Assembly: GCA_934246625.1 (NCBI GenBank) | Contig: CAKQHZ010000002.1 | Coordinates: 150,001 to 182,000, forward strand | Direction: 5' to 3' | Length of the DNA: 32,000 nt | Origin: an uncultured Alphaproteobacteria bacterium | GTDB lineage: Bacteria; Pseudomonadota; Alphaproteobacteria; Rs-D84; CACZYB01 | Part shown: positions 23,645-32,000 of the stretch, in pieces | Layout of the letters: each line of letters opens with the position of its first letter | Numbering within the stretch: position 1 is the first letter of the stretch | Notes under the pieces: generated by a model | Seen by the model: the letters and a program-made list of their open reading frames with translations, nothing else | What the model was told of the DNA's origin: nothing | The model's database searches: none | Made by a program: the position numbers and the translations under genes

Positions 23645-24484
23645 TTATTTCTTATGTCTTTTAAAAAAATGTAAATCAAAATGAAGGTTTTTGATTGAAA
23701 ATTTTTTAATTATTTTTTTGTTATTTATCTTTGCCTGTTTTTGTAATTTATCCTTTGTTAAAATGATTGAAATTTCATACATAAACATAAGTGGAATTGC
23801 CAATAAAATTTGTGATACAACATCGGGTGGTGTGAGTATTGCTGATATTGTAAATATTATTATTATAGCATATTTGCGATTATTTATTAAACTTTGACGA
23901 GTTAATATTTTAAATTTTACAAGTAATATCAATAAAATAGGTGATAAAAAGCAAATCCCAAATGCATTTAAAAGGGTGATTGTTAAGTCAATATAATCTG
24001 TGATTTTTGCCTGTAGTATAAGGGGCATTGCTTTTGTTTCACCACCGGCAAAGGAAATAAGAAATTTGAATGCTTCTGGAAGAACCAAAAAATAACAAAA
24101 TATTACGCCAGAAAGGAATAGTATTGGTGTTAAAATTAGGTATGGAAGAAAATGTCTTTTTTCATTTTTGTAAAGTGCTGGGATTATAAATAGCCATAAT
24201 TGTATTCCAAAATATGGTATGGAAATAAAAAGTGCAGATGAAAATGTTATTGAAAGAGTTGAAGTAAATGCTTCGGTAATCTTTGTATAAATAAGGCTGT
24301 TTGCGGAATGATTATTTTTAAGTGTTGTTATTAAAGGGTAGGTGATAAGGTTATAAATATCGTCCTTGAATGAATAACAAAATACAAATGCAAATATAAA
24401 AAAAAGCAAAGAATTTATAATTCTTGACCTTAATTCTGTTAAATGTTCGATTAGAGGAAATTCCCTTAATTGTTCCTTTGTCAT
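23645..24484 (-). CDS. tatC: twin-arginine translocase subunit TatC
   Basis: 'PLIEHLTELRSRII', six hydrophobic helices and 'LTPPDVVSQ'. ATGA overlap with the tatB stop. Confidence 0.92.
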   Translation of the reverse strand: MTKEQLREFPLIEHLTELRSRIINSLLFFIFAFVFCYSFKDDIYNLITYPLITTLKNNHSANSLIYTKITEAFTSTLSITFSSALFISIPYFGIQLWLFIIPALYKNEKRHFLPYLILTPILFLSGVIFCYFLVLPEAFKFLISFAGGETKAMPLILQAKITDYIDLTITLLNAFGICFLSPILLILLVKFKILTRQSLINNRKYAIIIIFTISAILTPPDVVSQILLAIPLMFMYEISIILTKDKLQKQAKINNKKIIKKFSIKNLHFDLHFFKRHKK

Positions 24485-24813
24485 TTCTTTTTTCTTTTTG
24501 GTTTATCAAATTGAAGTTTTGGGGTTATTCGTTCATAGTCATCATCAAAGAAATCAATTTCCTTTTCATCATCTTTTATTTGTTTGCGAAGTTTTTCAAT
24601 TTGTTCGTGAAATGATTCATAGGTTTCAGTTTTGGTTTCATCAATTTCATTTGTGATATTGTGAATTTGTGTGCGGATTTCTTCAATGAAAGCCTTTGTC
24701 TTTTTCCAAAGTTTGGCAATGGCATTTATTACTGATGGAATATCCTTTGGTTTTACGAATATCACCATCAGTAATAATATAACAATTAGTTCGTTTAAAC
24801 TTATGCCAAACAT
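24481..24813 (-). CDS. tatB: twin-arginine translocase subunit TatB (TatA/B family)
   Basis: 'MFGISLNELIVILLLMVIFVKPKDIP' is an N-terminal TM helix plus hinge, followed by an amphipathic helix. It looks closer to the TatB (FxIGxxEL) pattern than to TatA. Confidence 0.7.
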   Translation of the reverse strand: MFGISLNELIVILLLMVIFVKPKDIPSVINAIAKLWKKTKAFIEEIRTQIHNITNEIDETKTETYESFHEQIEKLRKQIKDDEKEIDFFDDDYERITPKLQFDKPKRKKK

Positions 24814-24820
24814 TTACAAC

Positions 24821-27649
24821 CTATTCAAACAAATCTGTTTTTATTTCAGATGAGGGAGAAGAAGTTGTTTCTTCTGTTTTTGTTTCAACAGGAGTAGGTG
24901 TTGTATCTTCTGATGTTGGTGCATTGTTATCTTGTGTGATTGTTTCACCTTCATCTTCATCATCATTTTCAGCAATGATTGCAGCGGATACAACCTTTTC
25001 ATCTTCGGCTGTTTTAAACAAAGTTACACCCATTGTTTGACGACCAGCAATACGGATTTTATCAACGCCAAGTCTTATCATCTTTCCACCATCTGTTACC
25101 ATCAAAATGTTATCGGTGTCAAGAACAGGGAATGATGAAACGATAGCCTTTGTTTTATCAGCAATCTTTATGTTTGCGATACCTGAACCACCACGGTGTG
25201 TTGTTCTGTATTCATAAGATGATGTGCGTTTTCCGAAACCTGTTTCACTTACGGTTAAGATGAATTGTTCCTTTGATTCAAGAGCTTTGAATTCGTCTTC
25301 GGATAAAGTCTTTGTTGTTTCAAGAACTTCTTCACCTTCTAAATCTTCAAATTCTGTGTGGCGAAGAGCACGTGAAAGTTTTAAATAAGCTGCACGGCTA
25401 TCTTGGTCAACATCTACGTGATTGATTATTGACATAGAGATAACTTTATCGCCATTTTCAACTTTGATACCCTTGATACCTGTTGAATTACGGCTTTGGA
25501 AGACACGAACTTCTGGAACAGGGAAGCGGATACATTTTCCACCACGAAGTGTCAAGAATACATCTTGGTCTTCACGACATGGCTTTACAGCGATAAGCTC
25601 ATCACTTTCCTCTTCAAACTTCATTGCGATTTTTCCGTTTTGACGGATATTTAAGAAGTCAGAAAGTTTGTTTCTTCTTACGGTTCCCTTTGATGTTGCG
25701 AACATTACATAAAGTTTTTCCCATTCGCTTTCATCTTCTGGAAGTGGCATAATTGTTGAAATTGTTTCACCTTGTTCAAGTGGAAGAAGGTTAATTAAAG
25801 CCTTTCCTACAGATTGAGGGGTGCAAAGTGGAAGTTTATATACCTTCATTTGATATGCAATACCCTTATTAGAGAAGAATATAACTGGTGTATGTGTGTT
25901 TGCAACAAATACATCGGTTACGAAATCTTCTTCCTTTGTATTCATACCGGTTCTTCCCTTTCCACCACGATTTTGAGCTTTATAAACATTTAATGGAACA
26001 CGTTTGATATAGCCAGTGTTTGTGATTGTGATAGCCATATCTTCACGAGCAATTAAATCTTCTAAATCTGTTTCAAGTTCAGATGGAACAATTTCAGTTT
26101 TTCTTGGGGTGCCGAATTTTTCTTTTACTTCTAATAATTCGTTCTTTAAAATACCCATAAGTTTTGCTTTGTTCAAAAGAATTGATAAGAATTCTTGGAT
26201 TTCAAGACCTGTTTGTTTGATTTCTTCGGCAAGTCTGTCTTGTTCCAAACCAGTAAGTCTGTGAAGTTTCAATTCAAGAATTGCTTTTGCTTGGGCTTCT
26301 GATAAACGATATGTTCCATTGACAATTTTGCTGTCTGGGTCATCGATTAAGTCAATTAAAGCCTGCATATCAGTTGCTTTCCAATCACGAGCCATAAGTT
26401 TATCCTTTGCATCGATTGGGTCCTTTGCATTACGGATAAGGTTTATAACATCGTCAAGGTTTGCAACGGCGATTGAAAGTCCAACTAAGATATGAGCTTT
26501 GTTTCTTGATTTATTAAGTTCAAATGTAGTTCTTCTTCTTATAACCTCTTCACGGAATTCTATAAATGCGTCAAGTATTTGCTTTAGGTTCATAAGTTCT
26601 GGACGGCCCTTGTTAATTGCAAGCATATTGATACCAAAACTTACTTGAAGTTGAGAATATTTGAAAAGTTGATTTAAAACGACATCTCCGTTTGCATCTT
26701 TTTTAAGTTCGATTACAACACGGACTCCTTGACGAGAAGATTCATCACGAATGTCTGAAATGCCTTCAATACGTTTATCCTTTACAAGTTCGGCGATTTT
26801 TTCAATCATAACCTTTTTATTTACTTGGTATGGGATTTCATCAACTATGATAGCTTGTTTTGTGCGAACTTCTTCAAAATGAGTTTTTGCACGAATAATT
26901 ATTGAACCACGGCCTGTTGTAAATGCAGAATATGAACCAGAAAGTCCAAGGATTAAACCTCCCGTTGGAAAATCAGGAGCAGGAACATATTTTATTAAAT
27001 CTTCTGATGTTAATTCAGGATTGTCAATTACAGCACAACATGCGTCAATAACTTCGCTTAAGTTGTGGGTTGGAATATTTGTTGCCATACCAACAGCGAT
27101 ACCGCCACTTCCGTTCACAAGAAGGTTAGGAAATCTTGCTGGTAAAACTTCTGGTTCCTTTGTTGATTCATCATAGTTTGGACGCCAGTCGATAGTTTCC
27201 TTGTCCAAATCTTCGACCATATATGCGGCAGCCTTTGACATTCTTGCTTCGGTATAACGCATAGCAGCGGCACTATCTCCGTCCATAGAACCAAAGTTTC
27301 CTTGTCCATCAACCATTGTTATGTTCATTGAGAAATCTTGGCTCATACGAACCATAGCATCGTAAATTGCAGCATCACCATGTGGGTGATATTTACCCAT
27401 AACATCGCCGACTACACGAGCAGATTTTCTGAAAGGTTTTCCATATTCAAATCCGTTTTCCTTCATAGAATAAATAATTCTTCTGTGAACTGGTTTTAAA
27501 CCATCGCGGACATCAGGAAGAGCACGAGATATAATAACACTCATTGCGTAATCAAGATATGATGTTTGCATTTCGTGAACGATAGGTGCAATTTTGATGC
27601 TTTTATCAACGTTATTTATTCCATTTTCGAGATTGTTTTGATTATCCAA
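24821..27649 (-). CDS. gyrA: DNA gyrase subunit A
   Basis: '[28 protein letters not shown]', '[16 protein letters not shown]', 'AMRYTEARM' (catalytic Tyr), C-terminal beta-pinwheel repeats and an acidic tail. The probable start is TTG 27649, 6 nt after AAGGAGA. The ORF-track TTG at 27673 would put that SD inside the gene. Confidence 0.93.
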   Translation of the reverse strand: MDNQNNLENGINNVDKSIKIAPIVHEMQTSYLDYAMSVIISRALPDVRDGLKPVHRRIIYSMKENGFEYGKPFRKSARVVGDVMGKYHPHGDAAIYDAMVRMSQDFSMNITMVDGQGNFGSMDGDSAAAMRYTEARMSKAAAYMVEDLDKETIDWRPNYDESTKEPEVLPARFPNLLVNGSGGIAVGMATNIPTHNLSEVIDACCAVIDNPELTSEDLIKYVPAPDFPTGGLILGLSGSYSAFTTGRGSIIIRAKTHFEEVRTKQAIIVDEIPYQVNKKVMIEKIAELVKDKRIEGISDIRDESSRQGVRVVIELKKDANGDVVLNQLFKYSQLQVSFGINMLAINKGRPELMNLKQILDAFIEFREEVIRRRTTFELNKSRNKAHILVGLSIAVANLDDVINLIRNAKDPIDAKDKLMARDWKATDMQALIDLIDDPDSKIVNGTYRLSEAQAKAILELKLHRLTGLEQDRLAEEIKQTGLEIQEFLSILLNKAKLMGILKNELLEVKEKFGTPRKTEIVPSELETDLEDLIAREDMAITITNTGYIKRVPLNVYKAQNRGGKGRTGMNTKEEDFVTDVFVANTHTPVIFFSNKGIAYQMKVYKLPLCTPQSVGKALINLLPLEQGETISTIMPLPEDESEWEKLYVMFATSKGTVRRNKLSDFLNIRQNGKIAMKFEEESDELIAVKPCREDQDVFLTLRGGKCIRFPVPEVRVFQSRNSTGIKGIKVENGDKVISMSIINHVDVDQDSRAAYLKLSRALRHTEFEDLEGEEVLETTKTLSEDEFKALESKEQFILTVSETGFGKRTSSYEYRTTHRGGSGIANIKIADKTKAIVSSFPVLDTDNILMVTDGGKMIRLGVDKIRIAGRQTMGVTLFKTAEDEKVVSAAIIAENDDEDEGETITQDNNAPTSEDTTPTPVETKTEETTSSPSSEIKTDLFE

Positions 27650-27892
27650 TTTTATTCTCCTTTTCGTTATCAATCTTATAGGCTAATCCTAGCAATTTTG
27701 TGTTTTAATTGCAAGGAAAAAAGACATATTTTTTTTGATTTTTAAAGAGAAAAAATCAATCTTTTTTATTGTGTAAAATCAACGTGTTAAAAATGTAAAT
27801 TTTTCTTGATTTTTCGTTTTTTTTATAACAAAAATTATTTTTATAAAAAATAGGGCGAATCTTTGCAGAATCGTTTCTATTTTTTATTAGTT

Positions 27893-28534
27893 TTAATATA
27901 TTTTTGTATCAAGGAAATTTTCCATATCTATCACAAGATTAAATGTGCTTTTATATTTTGGATTTGTCATATCAGTTGCGGTGATAGTAAGTTGGATAAC
28001 CTTTTCATTGTGGTTTTCACTTAATTCCAAATATGCTTTCTTTTTATTGACGATTTCCCATAAGTTATCGTCCATTTTCTTTGCATCTGTGATTGTGGAA
28101 TGTTTTGGCGTTCCTTCTATTTCAAATTTGATATTTCTTTTCTTTGGATTTATTACACGAAATTCCAATTCGATTTTGTTTTCATTTATGATGTCGTGTC
28201 TTACATTGATAAATGGACCTGAATTTAATTTTTTATTTTCGTAGTGTATGTTTGAAATGAATTCGCGACTGGAGAAACTTTTGTATATTAATAAAAATTG
28301 AAAAATGTGAGCTTTTGAAATTTTTAAAATATTTGAGTATTGCATTTCTTTGTAAGATGTGGACCAAAATCCCTTTTCATATATCTTTCCTGAGGAAAGT
28401 TTAAATTCTTTGGCGTTTGGAAAATATACGAAGAATCTTGATTTATTTTTAAGTTTTAAATTTTTTGGAAACTCTATATCTAATGGTATTTTTTCACTAT
28501 CAGTTTCCCAAGTATTCTTTAGGATTATTCCCAT
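27893..28534 (-). CDS. hypothetical protein (no signal peptide, beta-rich), orphan
   Basis: A long ORF with codon usage like its neighbours. No motif recognised. A 23-bp palindrome sits in its upstream region (28579-28601). Confidence 0.5.
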   Translation of the reverse strand: MGIILKNTWETDSEKIPLDIEFPKNLKLKNKSRFFVYFPNAKEFKLSSGKIYEKGFWSTSYKEMQYSNILKISKAHIFQFLLIYKSFSSREFISNIHYENKKLNSGPFINVRHDIINENKIELEFRVINPKKRNIKFEIEGTPKHSTITDAKKMDDNLWEIVNKKKAYLELSENHNEKVIQLTITATDMTNPKYKSTFNLVIDMENFLDTKIY

Positions 28535-28651
28535 TTTGACTCTCTGTTTTTTTTGTTGTTGTTTATTTCTACTAAAAGTTGTATTTGTATATCAAATACA
28601 ATCTTAGTTTATAACAAAAAGAAAAATAAAACAATAGAAAATATTGTATTT

Positions 28652-29074
28652 TTAGCGAGTTATATGAAATTTTCTTATATTATCCTGATTAAGGATTTTT
28701 ATTTTGATAGGATTGAAGTTTTCAGTTATGTAATCTTCAATTATTTCTGGCCATTCAATTATGGTTATATTGTTTTTAAGAGAATTATCTATATCTAGTT
28801 CAAAAAGTTCATTTGCGTCTTCTATACGATATAAGTCATAGTGTGATATAGTGCCTGCTGGTGTATCATAATTTTGCACTATTGTAAAAGTTGGACTTGG
28901 AACAGGTGTATTTGAATTTAAAAGTGTTTGTATAATACTTCTTGTAAAAAAAGTTTTACCAACACCTAAAGTTCCATACAAAAGAACTATATCACCCATT
29001 TTAAGAGTTTTTGCAAATTTTTTTGCAAGTTGTTTTGTTTCTTCTTCGGTTGATATATTTATTACATCTGTCAT
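28652..29074 (-). CDS. tsaE: tRNA t6A37 biosynthesis ATPase TsaE
   Basis: 'LLYGTLGVGKTFFTRSI', 'VPSPTFTIVQNY', 'HYDLYRI', 'IIEWPE'. Confidence 0.9.
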   Translation of the reverse strand: MTDVINISTEEETKQLAKKFAKTLKMGDIVLLYGTLGVGKTFFTRSIIQTLLNSNTPVPSPTFTIVQNYDTPAGTISHYDLYRIEDANELFELDIDNSLKNNITIIEWPEIIEDYITENFNPIKIKILNQDNIRKFHITR

Positions 29075-29075
29075 T

Positions 29076-29708
29076 TTAGTAATATTTGCTTTTGCTTTTT
29101 GTATTGTTGAAACTTTTATTCCTTGAAATTTTAAACAAAGAAGAGCTTAAATTTGTTTCTGGTTTTATGTTTGATAGGGTTATTGTTGTTGTTATTCCCT
29201 GTGGGTCCTTTACCTTCCAGCCAATAAGGGATAATGGTTTTTTTGAAAATAAGATTGTTATTTTTCCAGATTGTTTTTCAGTTGGAGTTGAAAGTTCGAT
29301 TTCCAAAATTTCGTCATCGGTTTCTGTGATGTTTGTGATTTTGGCATCTGGGTTTTCACCAGTTAATTTTATTTTTCCATTTAATATTATTGATGCAGGA
29401 TTTGATTCTAATGCAATGTATGAAATTTGGTCTAGCTTTTTATCAAAATATACTATTGATGAACCATCGGCTACTAATAAAATAGGACTTTTGTATTCTA
29501 ATCTCATTCTACCTGGTTTGTTGATGTAAAATACGCCAGAATCTTTTGCTCCATTTGAAGATATTTGATTAAAATTTCCACTTATGCTTTGAAGTGAATT
29601 TACATAGCTTTCTATATTCTTTATAAGTTTTGTGTCATTTGTGTAGTTGGTATTTGCAAATGATGTGTTTGTGAAAAGCAAAAATAGAATCAATAATATT
29701 GTTTTCAT
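29076..29708 (-). CDS. lolA: outer-membrane lipoprotein carrier protein LolA
   Basis: Signal peptide 'ILLILFLLFTNTSFA'. 'GNFNQIS..G....SGVFYINKPGRMRLEY' and 'LVADGSSIVYFD' are LolA-typical. Classic position next to ftsK. Confidence 0.85.
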   Translation of the reverse strand: MKTILLILFLLFTNTSFANTNYTNDTKLIKNIESYVNSLQSISGNFNQISSNGAKDSGVFYINKPGRMRLEYKSPILLVADGSSIVYFDKKLDQISYIALESNPASIILNGKIKLTGENPDAKITNITETDDEILEIELSTPTEKQSGKITILFSKKPLSLIGWKVKDPQGITTTITLSNIKPETNLSSSLFKISRNKSFNNTKSKSKYY

Positions 29709-29809
29709 AGTATCTCCTTTATAAAGAAATATAATATTTTAGCTTGGAGATTTTATCAAGTTATTTTTGTTTTATATTTTGTAAATAGGAATTTATTATT
29801 TGTTTTAAA

Positions 29810-30289
29810 TCAGTTTTTTTTGGAACTTTCTGCTTTTTTAAATAATTCTTTGAATACAAGTTGTTTTGAATTTTCGTTATTTATTTTTTTTGAAGCATTG
29901 ATAAAGTTTTTCATTTTTTCAATGTCTTTGTTTCTTTCTTCTTTTAAATGTTCGTGAATTGCCTTTATTTGATTATTAACAGAGTTGATTTTTGAATAAT
30001 TGAATGAAATGAATTTATCGTCCTTTAACAATTTGTCCTTGAATAAATTAAGGCTTTGTATCTCTTTATTAAGATATTTTATTTTGATTGTATTTTCTTC
30101 AAATTCGGAGCTTTTTGGTTGAAGGTTGTTTTGGTCATTTGAAAGTAGGTTTATTTTGTTTTGCACAGATTTTATTTTTTTTGAAATAATGCTTTGTGCG
30201 GATACATCAATTGTTCTGCCTTCTTCTGTTTTATTTAAAGAATTTATGAATTCTTCTATTTCTATAATATCTTTGTTTGAATTTGCCAT
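29810..30289 (-). CDS. hypothetical coiled-coil protein
   Basis: Lys/Glu/Asn-rich heptad-like sequence with no signal peptide, sitting between ftsK and lolA. Confidence 0.5.
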   Translation of the reverse strand: MANSNKDIIEIEEFINSLNKTEEGRTIDVSAQSIISKKIKSVQNKINLLSNDQNNLQPKSSEFEENTIKIKYLNKEIQSLNLFKDKLLKDDKFISFNYSKINSVNNQIKAIHEHLKEERNKDIEKMKNFINASKKINNENSKQLVFKELFKKAESSKKN

Positions 30290-30358
30290 AATATATTCCT
30301 TTGTTTATACCTATATAATAAACTTTTTTGTTATATTATGCAATGAGTTATTTTTCCT

Positions 30359-31774
30359 TTATTGGTTTTTAGTCAAGATTGTGCGTTTGCCAGTTGAATC
30401 TGGAGCAGAAAGAATTCCGTTTTCTTGCATTTTTTCAATAAGGTTTGCGGATTTGTTGTATCCTATGCCAAGACGACGTTGAAGATATGAGATTGATGGT
30501 CGGTCGGCTTCTAAAATAATTTGAACGGCTTGGTTGTAAAGGTTTTCATCTTTGTTTTCCTTTGTATCATTGAATACGGTTTTATCAAGAAGACTTAATG
30601 CAGAATCCTTTGTCGGTTTTTCTGATGTAATATTTCTGACATAGTTTGGTTTTGCCTGAGCCTTTATAAATGTAACAACGTGTTCAATTTCGTCTTCGGA
30701 TACAAATGCACCGTGAATACGGATAAGGTTGCCACCCATAGCCATATAAAGCATATCTCCCTTTCCAAGCATAAGTTCAGCACCTTGTTCATTGATAATG
30801 GTTCGGCTGTCGATTTTGGAAGCTACACGATAGCTTATACGATTAGGAAAGTTTGATTTGATTGTTCCAGTGATAACATCGACAGATGGTCGTTGTGTAG
30901 ACAGTATTAAGTGTATACCAGCAGCACGTGCCATTGCGGCAAGTCTTGCGATGGCGGCTTCAACTTCCTTTCCCGCAACAAGCATAAGGTCAGCCATTTC
31001 ATCGACAATGACAACAATATATGGAATAGGTTTGATTTCGATTTTTCTTTCTTCCATTATTGGTTCGCCAGTTTGTGGGTCAAAGCCAGTTTGAACTTCA
31101 CGTGTAATGAATTGTCCAGCCATTGATTTTGCCTTTTGGTTATAGGATTCAATGTTTTTTGCACCAAGGGCGGACATATTTCTATTTCTTTCTTCCATTT
31201 CACGAACTGCCCATTTAAGTGCAGCGACAGCCTTTATTGGGTCTATTACAACAGGGATAAGTAAGTGTGGAATGTCGTTATATACTGAAAATTCCAACAT
31301 CTTTGGGTCAATCATTATGAATTTGCATTCGTCAGGTGTGAATTTGTAAAGAAGTGAAAGTATCATTCCGTTCACACCAACTGATTTACCAGAACCAGTT
31401 GTTCCAGCAATAAGTAAGTGAGGCATTTTTGCCAAATCTACGAATACAGGATTTCCACTTGTATCACTTCCAAGTGAAATAGGAAGAGTGTGTTCGGTTT
31501 TTGCAAAGGTTGAGCTTTCGAATTGTTCGCGAAGATATACCATTTTTCGGTGTGTGTTTGGAAGTTCTATACCAATTTTGTTTGTTCCTGGAATAACTGC
31601 AACACGGGCAGAGAGGGCTGACATATTTCGTGCAATATCTTCGGATAATGCAGTGATGCGAGATGTTTTTATTCCACGGCCAGGTTCCATTTCAAAAAGG
31701 GTGATAACTGGACCTGTTTTTATGCTTGTGATTTTACCTTCTATACCAAATTCGGTGAGAATGTTTTCAAGCAT
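30359..31774 (-). CDS. ftsK: DNA translocase FtsK, alpha/beta/gamma motor portion (separated from the upstream part by a frameshift)
   Basis: 'GPVITLFEMEP', Walker A 'AGTTGSGKSV', Walker B 'IVVIVDEMADL', 'LILSTQRPSVDVITG', 'GKGDMLY', and the gamma winged helix 'SISYLQRRLGIGYNKSANLIEKME'. Confidence 0.9.
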   Translation of the reverse strand: MLENILTEFGIEGKITSIKTGPVITLFEMEPGRGIKTSRITALSEDIARNMSALSARVAVIPGTNKIGIELPNTHRKMVYLREQFESSTFAKTEHTLPISLGSDTSGNPVFVDLAKMPHLLIAGTTGSGKSVGVNGMILSLLYKFTPDECKFIMIDPKMLEFSVYNDIPHLLIPVVIDPIKAVAALKWAVREMEERNRNMSALGAKNIESYNQKAKSMAGQFITREVQTGFDPQTGEPIMEERKIEIKPIPYIVVIVDEMADLMLVAGKEVEAAIARLAAMARAAGIHLILSTQRPSVDVITGTIKSNFPNRISYRVASKIDSRTIINEQGAELMLGKGDMLYMAMGGNLIRIHGAFVSEDEIEHVVTFIKAQAKPNYVRNITSEKPTKDSALSLLDKTVFNDTKENKDENLYNQAVQIILEADRPSISYLQRRLGIGYNKSANLIEKMQENGILSAPDSTGKRTILTKNQ

Positions 31775-31791
31775 TTTTGCCTTTTTTACAT

Positions 31792-32000
31792 TTATTTCAT
31801 CGTTAATGTTTGAATTTTTATCTGATTTAATAGGGTTAAGTAAATCAGTTGTTGGAAGAATGTATTTTGGTTTTGTGTTTATAATTTTTCGTTCAATTTT
31901 TGGCTCAGTTGGTTTTAAATCTTCTACAGAAGAAATTGATTTTTCAGTAGGTGTTTTCCTTTTTAATTGTGCAATCTTTATAGTTTGTTTTTTTAGTATT
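31792..32000 (-). CDS. ftsK: FtsK linker region, in a different frame from the motor ORF (5' end outside window)
   Basis: My translation of the minus strand gives '...DLKPTEPKIERKIINTKPKYILPTTDLLNPIKSDKNSNINMK*', open to the right edge, with stop at 31792-31794. 'Y.LP...LL' is the conserved element that precedes the FtsK motor. Confidence 0.7.

Noticed and set aside
27674-27892. The AT-rich 219-bp region upstream of gyrA has a TTGATTTTT...AAAAATCAA hairpin and several T runs. I considered a regulatory RNA or an origin-like element.
   Set aside because: There are no DnaA-box-like repeats or conserved structure that I can support. Supercoiling-sensitive gyrA promoters are commonly AT-rich, and the evidence is insufficient for any specific call.
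1-32000. I looked for CRISPR arrays, rRNA genes, tmRNA/RNase P-like GC-rich structured RNAs and IS transposases.
   Set aside because: I saw no direct-repeat/spacer periodicity, no rRNA-like conserved blocks and no DDE/HUH transposase motifs. The only GC-rich structured non-coding segments are the two tRNAs and the terminator hairpins.

Overview
This is an AT-rich bacterial chromosomal segment. It is probably from a host-associated alphaproteobacterium, judging by a full-length MipZ-type ParA ATPase, the ftsK-lolA neighbourhood, and only sigma70-like promoters and rho-independent terminators. No search could be run, so all calls rest on motifs read from the translations.

Housekeeping content:
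- def-fmt-truA operon
- rmuC, HU, dut, dnaQ, ndk-like, xseB
- LysM/M23 peptidase, tatB-tatC, gyrA
- tsaE, lolA, ftsK
- kdsB and kdsA
- tRNA-Arg(CCG) and tRNA-Val(UAC)

The left edge carries a decayed podovirus-like prophage remnant: a portal C-terminus, a terminase nuclease-only ORF and an XRE regulator.

Three accessory regions stand out.

1. 9.2-12.7 kb holds a tandemly duplicated two-gene cassette. Each copy encodes a large Cys-framework secreted protein plus a small secreted protein. The small protein is a stand-alone copy of the large protein's C-terminal Gly/Ala/Ser/Thr-rich hairpin module. I recognise no characterised family. In the first copy a G9 tract sits between the SD-served ATG and the long ORF and puts it out of frame, a classic slipped-strand phase-variation signature.

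2. 15.5-20.1 kb is a Kdo (LPS inner-core) locus interleaved with DNA-inversion hardware.
- A 137-bp element is bounded by 21-bp inverted repeats. Their core, AAACGTTCGT, matches my recollection of the Bacteroides Mpi invertase site.
- kdsA is bracketed by 311-bp inverted repeats that are about 97% identical.
- An Mpi-like serine invertase gene lies adjacent.

3. A small protein carries an extraordinary Cys/His/Asp tail (HCDCDCDNDHHCHCEHCDCNH...ECECDCCHH).

In addition, ftsK appears split by a 1-nt frameshift near the right edge. No CRISPR array, rRNA or IS transposase was seen.
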